DNA of 62,186 nucleotides, filler included, from Choristocarpus tenellus KU-1152 (lineage: Eukaryota; Protista; Phaeophyceae), in assembly GCA_964200185.2 (NCBI GenBank). It is 11 parts of 11 records of this genome, joined end to end, with 100 filler letters (N's around TTAATTAATTAA, not from the genome) between each part and the next. Parts side by side here need not be neighbours in the genome. Positions count along the whole stretch, not along the records: positions 22,148 to 24,956 come from CAXNAD020024564.1; positions 25,057 to 31,288 come from CAXNAD020008615.1; positions 31,389 to 48,122 come from CAXNAD020000781.1; 8 more parts are not named here. The stretch is one strand, 5' to 3'. Below the pieces are notes generated by a model. It saw only the letters and a list, made by a program, of their open reading frames with translations, was not told where the DNA came from and did no database searches. The position numbers and the translations under genes were made by a program. Positions 24,055 to 36,600 of this stretch are shown piece after piece (positions within the stretch are counted from its first letter, which is position 1; each line of letters begins with the position of its first letter).

Positions 24055-24610
24055 TCAGAATCCCCCACGGGCATATTTCTTTGTGGCTCTATCTTTTCTG
24101 TTGTGGTTTGCCACTGATGCCTTGTTGGTGGCCTTTCGCCTCTGCTGGATTTTCTCCCTATCCCGATCTGCTCCCCCCCCAGCCCCAGCCTCTCCACCTC
24201 CTCCACCCCCTCCATCACCACCCACACGCCCTCCACGTCCCCTTCCTCCACTTCTACCCCTGCCACCATCCCCACCACCTGCTCTGCCCCCGCCCCGACT
24301 CCTCCCTCGGCCACCACCTCCACGTGAGCCACCTTCGCCAACTAAAAAATTATTGATAACAAAGATGGGAAGGTAAGAGATGGGGCAACCTTCTGATTGG
24401 TTCACTATGAACACAGGCAATTCAATTTGTGTATAATGCTTTCTACCCCACTTAGTTCTTGGCAAAAAACTCACCTCGTTGTTTCCCTCTACCCTCCCTG
24501 CTCCCCCTATCTGTTTGACTGCTGCTGTTTTGCTCCTCTCCTTCCCCTTGTCTTCCTCTCCTTCCCCTCCTAAGCGCCAGTTCCTTGAACCTCCCCCTCG
24601 AGGGCCATAG
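24055..24610 (-). CDS. ASCC2: Activating signal cointegrator 1 complex subunit 2-like, last exons (terminal exon 24341-24055)
   Basis: RGG-rich stretch then QQRRKATNKASVANHNRKDRATKK*, matching the conserved ASCC2 C-terminus as I recall it (RRKKEANKATRANHNRR). An upstream exon ends at a gtgagt donor near 24474; its start is uncertain. Confidence 0.75.
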
Positions 24611-25579
24611 CTATACCATTAAGCAACAAGGGCCAACATAATTGATCACAACAAACACAAGACAGGCAGGAGGTGGGGTAGGGGGGAGATCAAGCGACTG
24701 TAGAGAGGTGAAGGTTGAAACACAATGAAACACTTTTAAGTACTATAGTGCCCCTCATAACCCACACAAAAGAATAAGGTGAGAATTCATGGCAGGATAA
24801 GGGGAAGGAGGTTTCAAAGACGATTGTTTCTAACTAAAGCACAGTTAAGTTAAAGTGGAATTTGATATGGGGTGTATATATACACAAAATGAACGGCAGG
24901 CAATCCAAGCCTGCATATTTACCAACAATTCATGGGTCAAAGTATCTGCGGGGGGGNNNNNNNNNNNNNNNNNNNNNNNNNNNNNNNNNNNNNNNNNNNN
25001 TTAATTAATTAANNNNNNNNNNNNNNNNNNNNNNNNNNNNNNNNNNNNNNNNNNNNTCTGGTTTGTGGGACACTCATCCTTATTTAACAGTACCCCCCCC
25101 CCTTGCCATCTCCAGGGTGGCCTTGTTCGTTGCTCCTGAAGACGGGAAGTTTCTGACTGGTCTTTCTCTTCTTTTATCTCCTTCTCGAGGTACTCAGCGC
25201 GAGTATCCAATCTCTTCTCCTTTTTGTGTCACACCTTCTTGGCAGGAGTATATATGGGTGACAGACAAAAACATATTGTGTTCCCCCTTAGCTACCTCCG
25301 CCCTTCTGGAAATGCTGACGGCGAAAGTCTGTTGCCCGAGTACTGGCTGATCGAACTGCTAGTTACTTCTGCACCTGAACCGGTGATTGCAATGGAGGAG
25401 AACGCAAATAACAGCGAGAGTACCAATGGAAGACGAGAGTGAGTACACTAATAAAGTGGAACCTACTCTGAGGCAAATTGAACGAGATGTACCCTCAGGT
25501 TATGGCTGTTTTGCATTCTAAGTCTGTTTTTCAATCTTTTGCAATTCACCCATATTTCTATGGATGAATTTCCAAGTTT

Positions 25580-25775
25580 GACTTGAGAGCGTTTATTTCT
25601 CTATTGTTTGAAACTTTCCAACAATTCAGAAAATACTCTATACTGATCTCTCTATTGTTTGTGACTTTTCGACACAATCCACAAAATATCCTACATGCAT
25701 ATGAAAAAAGTTGAATTTGGCACATATTTGTCATCCTTAAAATTCAACTCTGGATACCTCTCGTTTACTCTGATG
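25580..25775. repeat. Dispersed repeat (related pieces at ~20995-21200 and ~31905-32065)
   Basis: Shared ttctct.ttgtttgaaact..ca..aattcagaaaa and caactctgg.tacctctcgtttact. Confidence 0.55.
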
Positions 25776-26549
25776 ACTCTCTACACAAAATCGACATACA
25801 AGGGATATACAACAGTATTGCTGCGAGTATCCCCATGCGTAACCTCAAGGTCTTTCCCTCGTTAAAGGGAGGCGCTGAAGTCAAGGTCTAGGCTGCAGAC
25901 TATTGATGTGACCCGGTAGACACAGTAAGGCAGCCTGCACCCTTGCACAGCCTCATGGTCGTAGAGTGAGACCCTGAAGTCATGATCTCCAGTGTAGACC
26001 ATTGATGTGGCCATGCGTGAACGCCCTCACACATGTTCACAATATCTGTTCCTCACTGAGGATGTTCATCTGAGCCGCAGATGCCACGATGCAGACCCTT
26101 CCCCCCAATTCGAGAGAAGTGGAGGATGAGATGGGTTCAGGAAATCCCAAGGAGTCCACAAAACCATACAGGGTTAATCCAGGACGTTCCAGGGAGCCAA
26201 CAAAGGTCCCACATGGTGAGCTGGGTATTTTCTCCAGTATGAAGAGATGAGGAAGGACCTCCATGTTACAAATGTTCCCAGCCACTTACCTTGATAGGAT
26301 ATGTAGCTTCAATTCACAAGCCTGTAGGCTGATGATGAGGCCCGTAGACTGCGCCGTAACAAAAATAATGTCAAATATGCTGGAACTCTTGCTTTGATTA
26401 TTAAAGTTCTGATTTGATTGAGGTATAAAAAACAAGTGAGATATTAGCATTGAGTGTTCTCACAATCGTAAAAATTAAAAGTCAAAAAGCGCAACATAAA
26501 ATATCTAGGACTTAAAGCTCATAGTGGCGTTTATGAAAACCACCATTAA

Positions 26550-27990
26550 AACCCATCGCCTGTAACACAAAATTCGAAGTATTTCGCATATTGGTCCGTG
26601 GCAAATGGCTTGGACTCTTCCAAAACTGTTGTTGAACGGTTCCACTCACCCAATGACTGCCGTATATCCATAGAGACCAAATGACGACTTGAGCGACAAT
26701 ATTTTGAAGTACATTTTGCACTAGGTACTTGCGTATGACTTGGACGGATCTCAAACTGATGTCTGACGAGATCAACTCCCCCATATCCATACGATACCAA
26801 AGGTCACTTGAGCAGCAACATATTGAAGTATTTGTGATAAGAGTCAGTTGCACACGGCTTGGATAGATCCAAAACTGATGTCTCACCGCTTCACCCACAT
26901 ATTAACTGCCCCACGAGATAGCAATGGTGACTTCAGCGGCAACATTTTGAAGTCCATGATTTATCAAGTGCCAGTTACACACTGCTTGGATGGATGCAAC
27001 CATTATTTGGCCGTTTCTCCACTCATTATCTGCCCAATACCCACAATGTATCAATGACAACTCGGACGGCATGATGGTGGTTATACTTGTACAGTAGATA
27101 GAGATAACGGCGTTTGTACTAATAATAACACTGGTGAATCAGTTAATGTTTCTCGCAACAATGATAACAGTTGGAGTATTGATACTAGTAATACAGAAAA
27201 CATAAATGTATTTGGAAGTAATTACCCTAGCAATGATAGAGATGGTAAAGATACTAGTGGCGGATATAGTGGTAATTCGGGAGGTGGTTTTGAATATGAA
27301 AGTAGTAAATATGGATTAGATAACTTAAAAGAACTACCGAGAATAGCTACTGAAAAAGAGTTCGCTGCAACTTGCCATGGAAGCATAGCTGTAAATTCAA
27401 TTATAGACCACGCTATTACTAGAAACTCTCAAGGATATGGACCTGATGCTCTTGCTAATATAAAAACATTTAATTTAAGTCATAATTACTTGGGAGATGA
27501 AGAAAAAAAAAATTAAACAAAGGTTTGTATGGATATACACTAAACTTACAAGTTTTTAATTTTTGTAATAATAAAATGGGAGCGGTAGGACTAGATCATT
27601 TAATAAAAGGTTCTATAGGTATAGACCACCTACAAAAAGGTGGGAATGATATACATAACATAATGCAAGGAATATTGACTTTACCAACAACTAGTATTGT
27701 TTGCTTAAATTTAGCAAATAATAACATGGGTTTGAAGCGTTTCGCACAAGTGTCAGTTACATATTTCTTGGATGGTTTCTCGACAGGCTCACCCAAACAG
27801 TAACTACCCAATATCCAGAAGACATTAACAGTGACTTGGGCGGCAACATTTCAATGTATCTCGCGTAAGTGTCAGTTGCACATTGCTGAGACGACTATTT
27901 GATCGTTTCTCACTCGCCCAAGAACTGTCCAATTTCGTTTAGGTACCAATGTTGACTTGAGCAGCAACTTCTTAAAGTTGTTTTTGTATT
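26550..27990 (-). repeat. Degenerate ~120-bp tandem repeat with Cys-rich coding signature, interrupted at 27071-27730
   Basis: Landmark gactt(g/c)(a/g)gc(g/a)gcaaca..ttgaag at 26686, 26805, 26929, 27059, 27833 and 27954. Minus-strand pieces read SKPCATD, KKYVTDTCAKRFK and KCCRPSHC. Confidence 0.65.
27071..27730 (+). pseudogene. AT-rich intronless leucine-rich-repeat protein fragment of probable foreign origin
   Basis: Open frame from 27073: DGGYTCTVDRDNGVCTNNNTGE...LANIKTFNLSHNYLGDEE. After one frameshift in an A-run: LNLQVFNFCNNKMGAVGLDHL...IVCLNLANNNMG. Three RI-like LRR cores; codons end overwhelmingly in A/T. Confidence 0.75.
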
Positions 27991-27999
27991 ATTCAGAGG

Positions 28000-29520
28000 T
28001 GCACATTGGATTGATGGCTGGTAGATTACCCGGAATGGTAGAACTTTCTCCATGATGAACAGTGCGACTTCCAGCCCCAACGCTCCACATTGTATGTGCC
28101 CTCCAAGAGGTCAATCGGAAAATACATGTACCTCTATTCATGTGTGTATCAACCTACGTAAGGCATACGACTGTTTTGATCACGACCTCCTGAGAGCTGT
28201 TCTTACCGGATTTAGAGTGCCTAAGGAGATTATTTCAGTCATCTGCCAAATCGCATATTTGAAAGTGAGTGCAAAAAATAGTTTGAGATTGGACAGGGCC
28301 TTCCACAAGGGCGTGTTTTTATACTTCCATCCTCTTCAACATCTTCTTCACACCACGGTGCTAAGTTTAGTGGTTAGAGAGTTCACCGCTTACTCGGTCA
28401 TCTCCCAGGTAGCGACAACAAATATCTAGACCAGAGGTGGAGGAGCAACTGGAGGTGAAATAACAATTTTGTGAGTCTTGTAGGGTATGCTTTGTGCCGA
28501 TGATGAGGGCATTGTCTCAAAGACCCAAAGAGGTTTGGCCAGGATGATGACGATGACTATGAATGCGGTCAAGTAATTCAGTCTGACTGTGTCAGAGCTA
28601 AACACAAAAAATACGTCTTCGGTCTGCTAATAGTCATGCAGATCCTGCCACTGTACCAGAACTACAAACAGATCGATAAGTTTGTTTATCTCGGAGGAAA
28701 GATCGACGGAGCTGATATCACCGCTGAGATCAGTCAGATGATCCAGAAAGTTTGGAGTCGTGTTCCATATGTGCAGCCAAGTGCCTATGACATGAGGCTC
28801 AAAGTATCTGAGGGGGTGGCGGCTGTCCATTTAGGGCCAATTTTTTCATCTTGCGATTTTTGGGTGATTTGGTTGCATAAGTCGGATGGATAATGTAAAT
28901 GCACTTTTCCTGATTTTGAACAAAATGGCACCCTGGCGCAGACCCTCCCCCCCCCCCACAGATACTTTGGTTCATGACCTCATGAGTATCTCTCAAGGTT
29001 CAGATTTCAAATGCTCAAAGTTGAAGTGCCCGAGGTTCTGTTACATGGTTGTATGGCATAGACACTCCAACAGGTCCAATAGATGAAGCTTCACTCCAAT
29101 CAACACAAATTCCTTCTATGCTGCATCACATATTACAAACAAGAACATACTGATCATGCACTGTCCTGCAAAGATACCTTTGTGAAGACTGGTTGTGAGA
29201 GTGTCAAGGTGACTGCGCAAATGGAAACTCCTATTCGCTAGGCCAGTTGCACTTTGGGGATTCGTGACTCCCAACGTGTTGATGTGTGGGGAGCTTGCAA
29301 CTGGAAAACAAAAGCATTGTAGAAAGGACAAGAACTGGTGGATATGCTTACAAGACGATCTTGAGATTTGGAGCTACAGGTGAGGGATGGGGCATAAGGA
29401 ACAAAGAAGACCGATCAACATACGTGGTACGAGTGTGTGGATGCCAGCACAACGAGCTTCATGGCAAGGAAGGTGGGATCCCAAAGAAGCCAGAATACTT
29501 GATGTACGCCGTGCTAAAGC
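28000..29520 (+). mobile_element. RTE-clade LINE reverse transcriptase relic
   Basis: INLRKAYDCFDHDLL, GLPQG, LFNIFF, MLCADDEGIVS, DKFVYLGGKI, LMCGELATG..WWICLQDDL; multiple frameshifts. Confidence 0.85.
28796..28973. mobile_element. MITE family A nested in the RTE relic, TSD ATGA
   Basis: atga|GGCTCAAAGTATCTG...CAGATACTTTGGTTC|atga. Confidence 0.88.
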
Positions 29521-29980
29521 AACACCTAAGGTAGCCCAAGCAACCAACACAACCACCACCAACATTACCACTGTCCTGTGAACGGTGCTTTCTCATCTGT
29601 ATACCGATTTTATGTCGCCAGTGACGTTTTTCGGTTTCATTGAACCTCGTATGATATATTTTTTGTGGTTGTTGGTGCTTTCATCTTTGGTTCTTTTCTC
29701 TTCTTGCTTTCTTCTAGAAGTCCTTTTGTCCTCTTCATTTCTTGTATATTTCTGTCATTGGTTATATTTCTCAGTATGTATTGCCTTGTTCGGGAAACCT
29801 TTTCAACCAAAGGTGTGGGACTCTTCAGATTAAGGTGAATATAAATATTAATACATCCGTGCCATAAGTCTGTGCTGCGTTGTTCATAACTTTTGAAGAT
29901 GATGAAATTAATTTCTGAAGAAGATTTGGAATCCTTGAAGAATTTCTGGTTAGGGTCAGCTCTTTTTATTAACATTATTA

Positions 29981-31288
29981 CTCCCCATCCATCACAATTT
30001 TATTAGCCACAGAAAAACACTACATGTCTACCTTTGGCGTGTTTTCATGCTCACCAGACAACTGCCTCTTCCTTACCCCTGTGTGCTCTCCACACTGAAG
30101 TCATTACCCCTTTGTATCTAAGTACTTGATTATACACCACAAAAAGGAGTTGCCAAGCCCTCTCTAGTGTGGTTTCATCATACTCCTCATACTGTTTCTT
30201 AATGGCCTTCACCATCTCCTCAACGGACCCAAACCGATCCCCAATCACTCGGCATTTCAAAGACCTGAAGAAGCACAGGTCCTTGATATTGAGGTCGGGG
30301 GAGTTAGATGACCGCGTCACAAGCCTAGTCGACCACTCCTCAGTCTTCCCTGCCCCTGACAAGATTTCCGAGTTGCCCTTGCCCGTGTGGGGGGTGGCAT
30401 CGTCTTGCTGAACGACAACGTGCTTCCCCTGCAACCAAGGTATCTTGGTCTTGATTGCAGGCAAGTAACTCCTCCATGTACCACTTGCTGTACCAAAAAT
30501 GGTCCAAAGTACAGTCCTGCCCATACACATCCCCCTTTGTATGGTTCTTGCTTGTCCTGTCTGCCGTTTTTGGCGCACACACACGCCAAATACCAAGCTT
30601 TCCATCAAAGCTGTGAGCCGAATCTGGGCGGGCGTTGACTGCAATGACCATGGTTTTGGGGACATGACTCTTGTGCTGCACAGTAGGGGACCCTGGAAGG
30701 TCACTATCATCCTCATGCAGAAATACCCTAACCCTTTCCGCATCAGCCATCACGTAAAACCAGGTTTCATCCACATGGATTGTGCTCGCCATGGAGGCGT
30801 ATACACCACTTTTCCAGTCCACTTGATCGCAAACAAAGTCGATTCTCCATACCTTATGCCACGATCTAAGCTTGGATATGCAGCGGCGATTCGGCATGGC
30901 CCCCATATTATCCAATCACCTGCTTATGGTGCTCGTGCTATAATTCAGTCCCTTAGCAGTCGTCTTCATTGTGACCTGACGCAATGTGAATGACCGACTA
31001 TCGAAGTTGATACTATGTATTGCGGCCATCTTGGTCAATGTGAGCTCTGAAGGCCGCCCACTATGTGCCGCCACCCCTAGGTCAAGCGTGTGGCCACGGC
31101 CGAGCTGATCGGCAACGTCCTCCCAGAGCCCTCGCACGTAACGCTCAGACACTCCAAACTCCGCCACGAGGGCTGGTCCAACGTATCACGGCAGCTTATG
31201 CTCACCAGGGACCATTCTGTTAGCCTGCCGCACTGCAAGCGCAACCTTAGTGTTCAGGGACACTTGGGCACCCTTCCTACACGGGGGT
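29981..31288 (-). mobile_element. Plant-mariner (DD39D-group) transposon, frameshifted transposase, 5' end cut by the contig edge
   Basis: IHVDETWFY, KTMVIAVNARP, FDGKLGIW, VQQDDATPH and NSPDLNIKDLCFFRSLK motifs. The terminus ta|CTCCCCATCCATCACAATT at 29981 resembles the Stowaway/plant-mariner TIR. Confidence 0.9.
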
Positions 31289-31552
31289 NNNNNNNNNNNN
31301 NNNNNNNNNNNNNNNNNNNNNNNNNNNNNNNNTTAATTAATTAANNNNNNNNNNNNNNNNNNNNNNNNNNNNNNNNNNNNNNNNNNNNCCCCCCAGATAC
31401 TTTGACCCAGTTGCATCCACCTTCACCCTCACACTCGACAATACCATTTCCTCCACCCATACCCAATCTAAGTTTGTTCTCCATCAATGACCCAAAGCAG
31501 ACGATAGATACCCAGGTTTTGGACATTTTGTATCAAAACCCAGTTTTTTCAA

Positions 31553-31850
31553 GAGTAAAAGTATCTTAGAGGGTACGATTTTCGCCCTGTTTTTGCCCGT
31601 TTGGGGCTTGGCTTCGCAAGTTTTTTTTCTTTTTAAGACATTTTCCTACTCCAAAATGTTTTGGAGTAGGTAAAATGTTTACATTATAAAAAGGTGTGTA
31701 AGGAACAAGAATAATGACACTTCCTTACAGACAGAACAGCCAAAATTTCACCAAAATCGCAACGTTGGATTTTGGCCCCCCAAACGGACGTGACACTACC
31801 CTAACCCTAACCCTAAGATACAAGATACAAGATAAAAAATACTTTGACTC
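31553..31850. mobile_element. MITE family B with telomeric repeats inside one TIR
   Basis: GAGTAAAAGTATCTTAGAGGGTA...ctaccctaaccctaaccctaagatacaagatacaagataaaaaatactttgactc. Confidence 0.8.
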
Positions 31851-32197
31851 ACATATTCCACAATTCAGCCACATTCTTACAGATGAAGCGTAAGCCTTTT
31901 ACTTGAGATCGTTGATTTCTCTGTTGTTTGAAACTCTTCAACGAATTTCAGAAAAGTTTTAAATTTACATTTTTGGTGAAAAAACAAAAACAAAAAAAAA
32001 TTGTGCATTTTTTTGACAGTGCCCTTAAAATGCACAACTCTGGCTACCTCTCGTTTACTTTGGCTCACCTCCCCACACAGATACGCCACGCATCATTTCC
32101 TCAAAACTTTCCCTCCCCTCCCTTGTTGTTGTTTCCTGTCCCCCTTACCCTCCCAATATCCCCCTCAACTTCAAACACAAACATGCCGTGTACGAAC

Positions 32198-32198
32198 A

Positions 32199-32235
<37 letters not shown>

Positions 32236-32243
32236 GTAATAAT
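32198..32243. repeat. (AAT)n microsatellite
   Basis: About 15 AAT units with one interruption. Confidence 0.9.
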
Positions 32244-32559
32244 CATGTGCTGCTGAGAATATGCAAACAATGAGGTGGTTTCCTGTACAAAAGCCTTTTA
32301 GTGTGTGTACAAAACCTCTTCTATTACTTCGCCGCATCTTTTTTGGGTCTTCCTTTTAAGCCTTATCTAAACCCACCAGGAGGGGCGAAAGGTGAATCCA
32401 CTACAAATGACTGACCAATGAGGGCAATGCTGTAATTCTCATCCAGGTTGCGGCAATAAAAGCTATATAGACCTTGCAGACTATGTGCACACTATTGACA
32501 GGAATGTCACAATGAGTTCAGCTCCTCTTGCTGCTAGTTCAGCGTGCTCTGAGTGAATC

Positions 32560-33200
32560 GGATGTCTGTTGGTCTCACATAGCTCACTTACCACACGAAG
32601 TCACAACAAAGGCATTGCTCTCAAATCTTGCAGGGCGCATGCAGCGGCCCTCACCTTTTGCAATGATACAACCAACGACTAAGACACTAGTTGCCAGACC
32701 TCGCAAGGTGAGCGGTTTGCACTACAGGCGCCAAAAGAGTTCCACCTATGCCTTGATTAGTAACACCCATCTTTCAATCTCTCCCCTGTCTGTCTTGCAA
32801 TGCCCCTTTCGATGCAGGGTGGCCTACCATACCTGGGTGATTTCATCACACTACCTTTAAAGGGATGTGTTGATAACATAACTGCACCCCCTTGCTACCG
32901 AGCAAAAAGTAGGCCCCTTCTAAATCGCTTGAGGCGAGGGAGGGAGTGGGATAACCTTGCGCATGCCTCTAGACAAGCGAATTCTGGTGGAGTGCCTGCG
33001 TGGAAGAAGTATCTTGAATGTACGCCTATCACCAATGAAGGTTCGGTCTGCAAAACCAACAGATGGTTGTTATCTGATCTTATGAACCAAAATGTACAGG
33101 GGGAAACATCATTGCCCAGTACTCTATTGGCGAGAACATGTAGCCCAGAGGGTTTAACTGGAAGTGGACCCTGGCTACTTGTCTGGACCCCACAACCAAG
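32560..33200 (+). mobile_element. Highly decayed non-LTR (CRE-like) relic
   Basis: ARPRKVSGLH..., ALSMQGGLPYLG and WDNLAHAS..GGVPAW loosely resemble the post-RT zinc-knuckle region of RLE LINEs. Confidence 0.3.
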
Positions 33201-33696
33201 ATCATTAGTGGGGTTCCAGTTGGCGTTGATCAAGCCTATCAAACCGCATACGGAGATTGCCCAGGGGTGCTCAGGGCATCAAGAACTATGTGGTGAAGTG
33301 AAGGTAACTGCTGGCGTATCATGGCCAGCAGGCTTCCTACAGCATAGGGCCAATACTAGTGTCTGCAATGTTTACCTGTAGCTCTGATTCAACTCAAGAT
33401 TCTTGACAAACAATTTTGCCTATTTGAAGAGAATGAGCAATCACATCATGGCCCACTGCTTCACCCAGACCAACCAGACCCCCCCCCCCCCCCCCCCCTC
33501 TGGTGAGGGAGACTACTGCAATTACACACTTGGCACCACACCACACCACTCCATGAATTTAAGACAACTTAAGGCCTTTTTCATCTCCTGCATGCGTGTT
33601 CCTCTCTCTAGCACAGCCCTCCCCACTACCCCCCTCAACAAATAAAGCAAAAAAATATTTTATGATAATATAAAAAAGAACTATCCATCCACACAC

Positions 33697-36600
33697 CTGC
33701 CCCATGTTGAGGCCAACCAAGCGGTGTCCAAGGCACAGTGCCACCACAGTCCCTATCAGTGAGTACCCCAACACCACAGGAAGGAGAGGGGGGTGTATCC
33801 ACAACAAGACCAGCGCAAAGCCAAGGAGATCGATCAGCCCTCCTGATAGGCTTGTCACGAACTTGACGCATTCCTCTGTGAACTCCTCTACATCTTCCTG
33901 GATTTTTTTTTTTTAATCGTACCAGAAATGCCAGCAGAAAAATAAGAAAAAAAGGTTTAAAAAAAAAAGAGAGGCAGATTAAAGGAGGCAGTTACAAGTT
34001 TTTTTTTTTTTTTGGGGGGGGGTCAACAATAGGAAGAAGGGCAGTGCAGGAGAGGGGAATTCATTTGGAATGAGGGCAACAGGTTCGTAGAGGAAAAAAG
34101 AGGCATTTCCTGCTATCAAGCAAGTCAGATTATGATTGTGAGAGACTTGGCATATCTAAGGTTTTCAGTTTAGGGTTTAAGGGGGAGAAACTTGGCAGCT
34201 GACAAGAATGATATAAAGTCCAACTACTGTAGTGGAGGTCAAGAGCAGTGTACCTTGAGCAATGAGGATGATATTCATGTAGGTATTGGCAAATAGATAT
34301 GCGAAGGGAAAGCTTTGCAGGTGGCAAGAAAAATTTATGTTGTGTTTAAAAAGGCACCTTTGAATTACCACTTCGGAAAAATAGTGAACAGCAACAGGTA
34401 CATCTTGCACATGGATACACTCAAATAGGTGCATGTCAAAACAACAGGCAATACACTCTGCAAAAACGCTGTCCAGGACATACTTTGCAAAATTTACTCT
34501 CCTGTAACTACTCAGATTATCATTCAACCTTTCCTAGTCCCCTCTCTAGCCAGGCACACAAAGCTCGCCACATAGGGATAATGATCGTCAGAACCTTCAT
34601 TCGGTCACTCCTGCTTTATCTCATTTCACTCAGGCAATCATTCCAAATCGCAATCAACACGTTCCATCCGGCTCTTCCCACTCCCCAGGAACAAGATGAG
34701 GGGCCTTGTTGATTCTTGCACCCTTAACTCTTACAGTAAGAACATAGCACAAGAGAAACCTTCCCGCCCTTTGTTGATCACGGGAAGTGGGAAGAGCCAG
34801 AAACGTGTTGGAGTGATGATGATGATTACGTTGGAATAGCAATAGGTATGAAACGGGACAAAGAAGGAACAGGACAACGAGGGTTCCGCCAACCATAGAA
34901 CCCTGTGCTGCAGGGGGTTGTGTATGCAGCAAGAAAGAGTACAGGCGTGAACAACAATTCAAGTAGTTGGAGGAGGGTACACGCCTTGGTGAAACGTGGA
35001 CAGGACAAAGGTACTTTGCTCTGCGGCAAGCAGTTTGCGACGATCATTGCCTATGTTTGACACGTAGCCGATTGAGTTCATGAACTCAATCCATGTCTAC
35101 CTACACCTCTACCTGCACCTCCCCGTTACCTTTTGGGATAATATGACCCCTCTCATTAGTTCCCTGCAGTCGTCAAATAACTGATGCAGCTAACCCACAG
35201 GCAAGCATGTTGCTCGTCGAACAGAACACGGGCTGTCCTTTTATTTAGTTTTCCGATCTTTATCTATATCTATATCTATATCCACCTACTGTGGTGTGTT
35301 CACGTGGATCTCTTAAGCTCGCCTCTAGCCCTAACATGAAGTACAAATAAGCAGTGCTGTACTTCATTGACAGCTCTACCAGATAAGCGCTGGCTAAACG
35401 CAGCCGGACTATATCAGGGGTATTTACATAGTGAGCGCTTAGTTCCACTCCCTATTCATGGCCTAGTGTTTATCTCTTTCCCGTGCGTCACCTGTAGGCA
35501 GTCCCAAAAAGAAAGCAGTCATGAGAGGACAAAAGCTTCTCAAAGACGGGCAAGCATAGCTAACGACCCTATCAGAGCGTGCAGGTGTCCTGGAGGCTGA
35601 CTTGTAGACAATCTTAGTGTATGCTGGTGACCCACTGCCAGGCAGGATGGAGACCCCCCAAACTCCAAGCCCTACAATGTTTAAAAGAGGCATTCATAGT
35701 CTAGGCTATTTACCCACTGGTGTGAGCAATAAAAGTTGTTAAAATAGAGGGGACATGGAACCTTCAGTACCTATCAATGATCTCAGCTCGCAGAACTTTG
35801 GCATTTGTGAACTACAAAATAGCATTTTTCATCAGTTGACCACAATCAACAGATATTCACTCACTCATTGCCAAAATCGACCATAAGGTGCACTCCTTCA
35901 AAACAAAAGCACATCAAATAGTGGTATAAAAGAGAAAAAGAGCAACATACTTCAATAGGAAGAGACCAAACCAATTAGAGTAAGTGCTTAATAGAAGCTG
36001 AAATACACAGCATAAAAGAAGCAAAAGCAACTCATCAAACTGATTACTGCATTCATCCCCTGTGATGATCAGAGACCGCTGCAGGTATTTAATCAAGACC
36101 TACTGATGCCACCCAGCACACAAGACAGGACAGTGATGTGGCCTCACAATCCACTACATCAATGCTGCAACCCTAATCCCAACCTCCACCAAACATGTCT
36201 CCTACAAAAATCGCCATACAGACTCACAAGAGACTTGCAACGAGCCCTTGCCACTTTGAAGTTGAAGTTGCTCTGGAACATGCTCTGGAACATTAAAAGC
36301 AAAGTAATGACACTACTGCATGCAATATACTGCTCTTAGCTACAATGTACTGTGTGGAACAACACAATTGTCTCGCGTATATGACTAATCTGTATTGGTG
36401 ACAGAACTAGTAGTGTGTAAATGTACAAGGCTCACCAAACACATACTCCGGAGTATACAACAGGGTGATGTTATATATGCTATGGCATGAACTTCTTGAG
36501 CAAGACACGTTCCTTGAGGGCATTTCACCAAATCAGCCAGATGCAAAGGGACTGCCTGTGAGCTGGACCCGTTCCAATATTTTCAAACGTGTGCAGATCA

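Noticed and set aside
25057-25460. Signal-peptide-like and charged minus-strand segments
   Set aside because: I could not build a stop-free start or a consistent splice structure.
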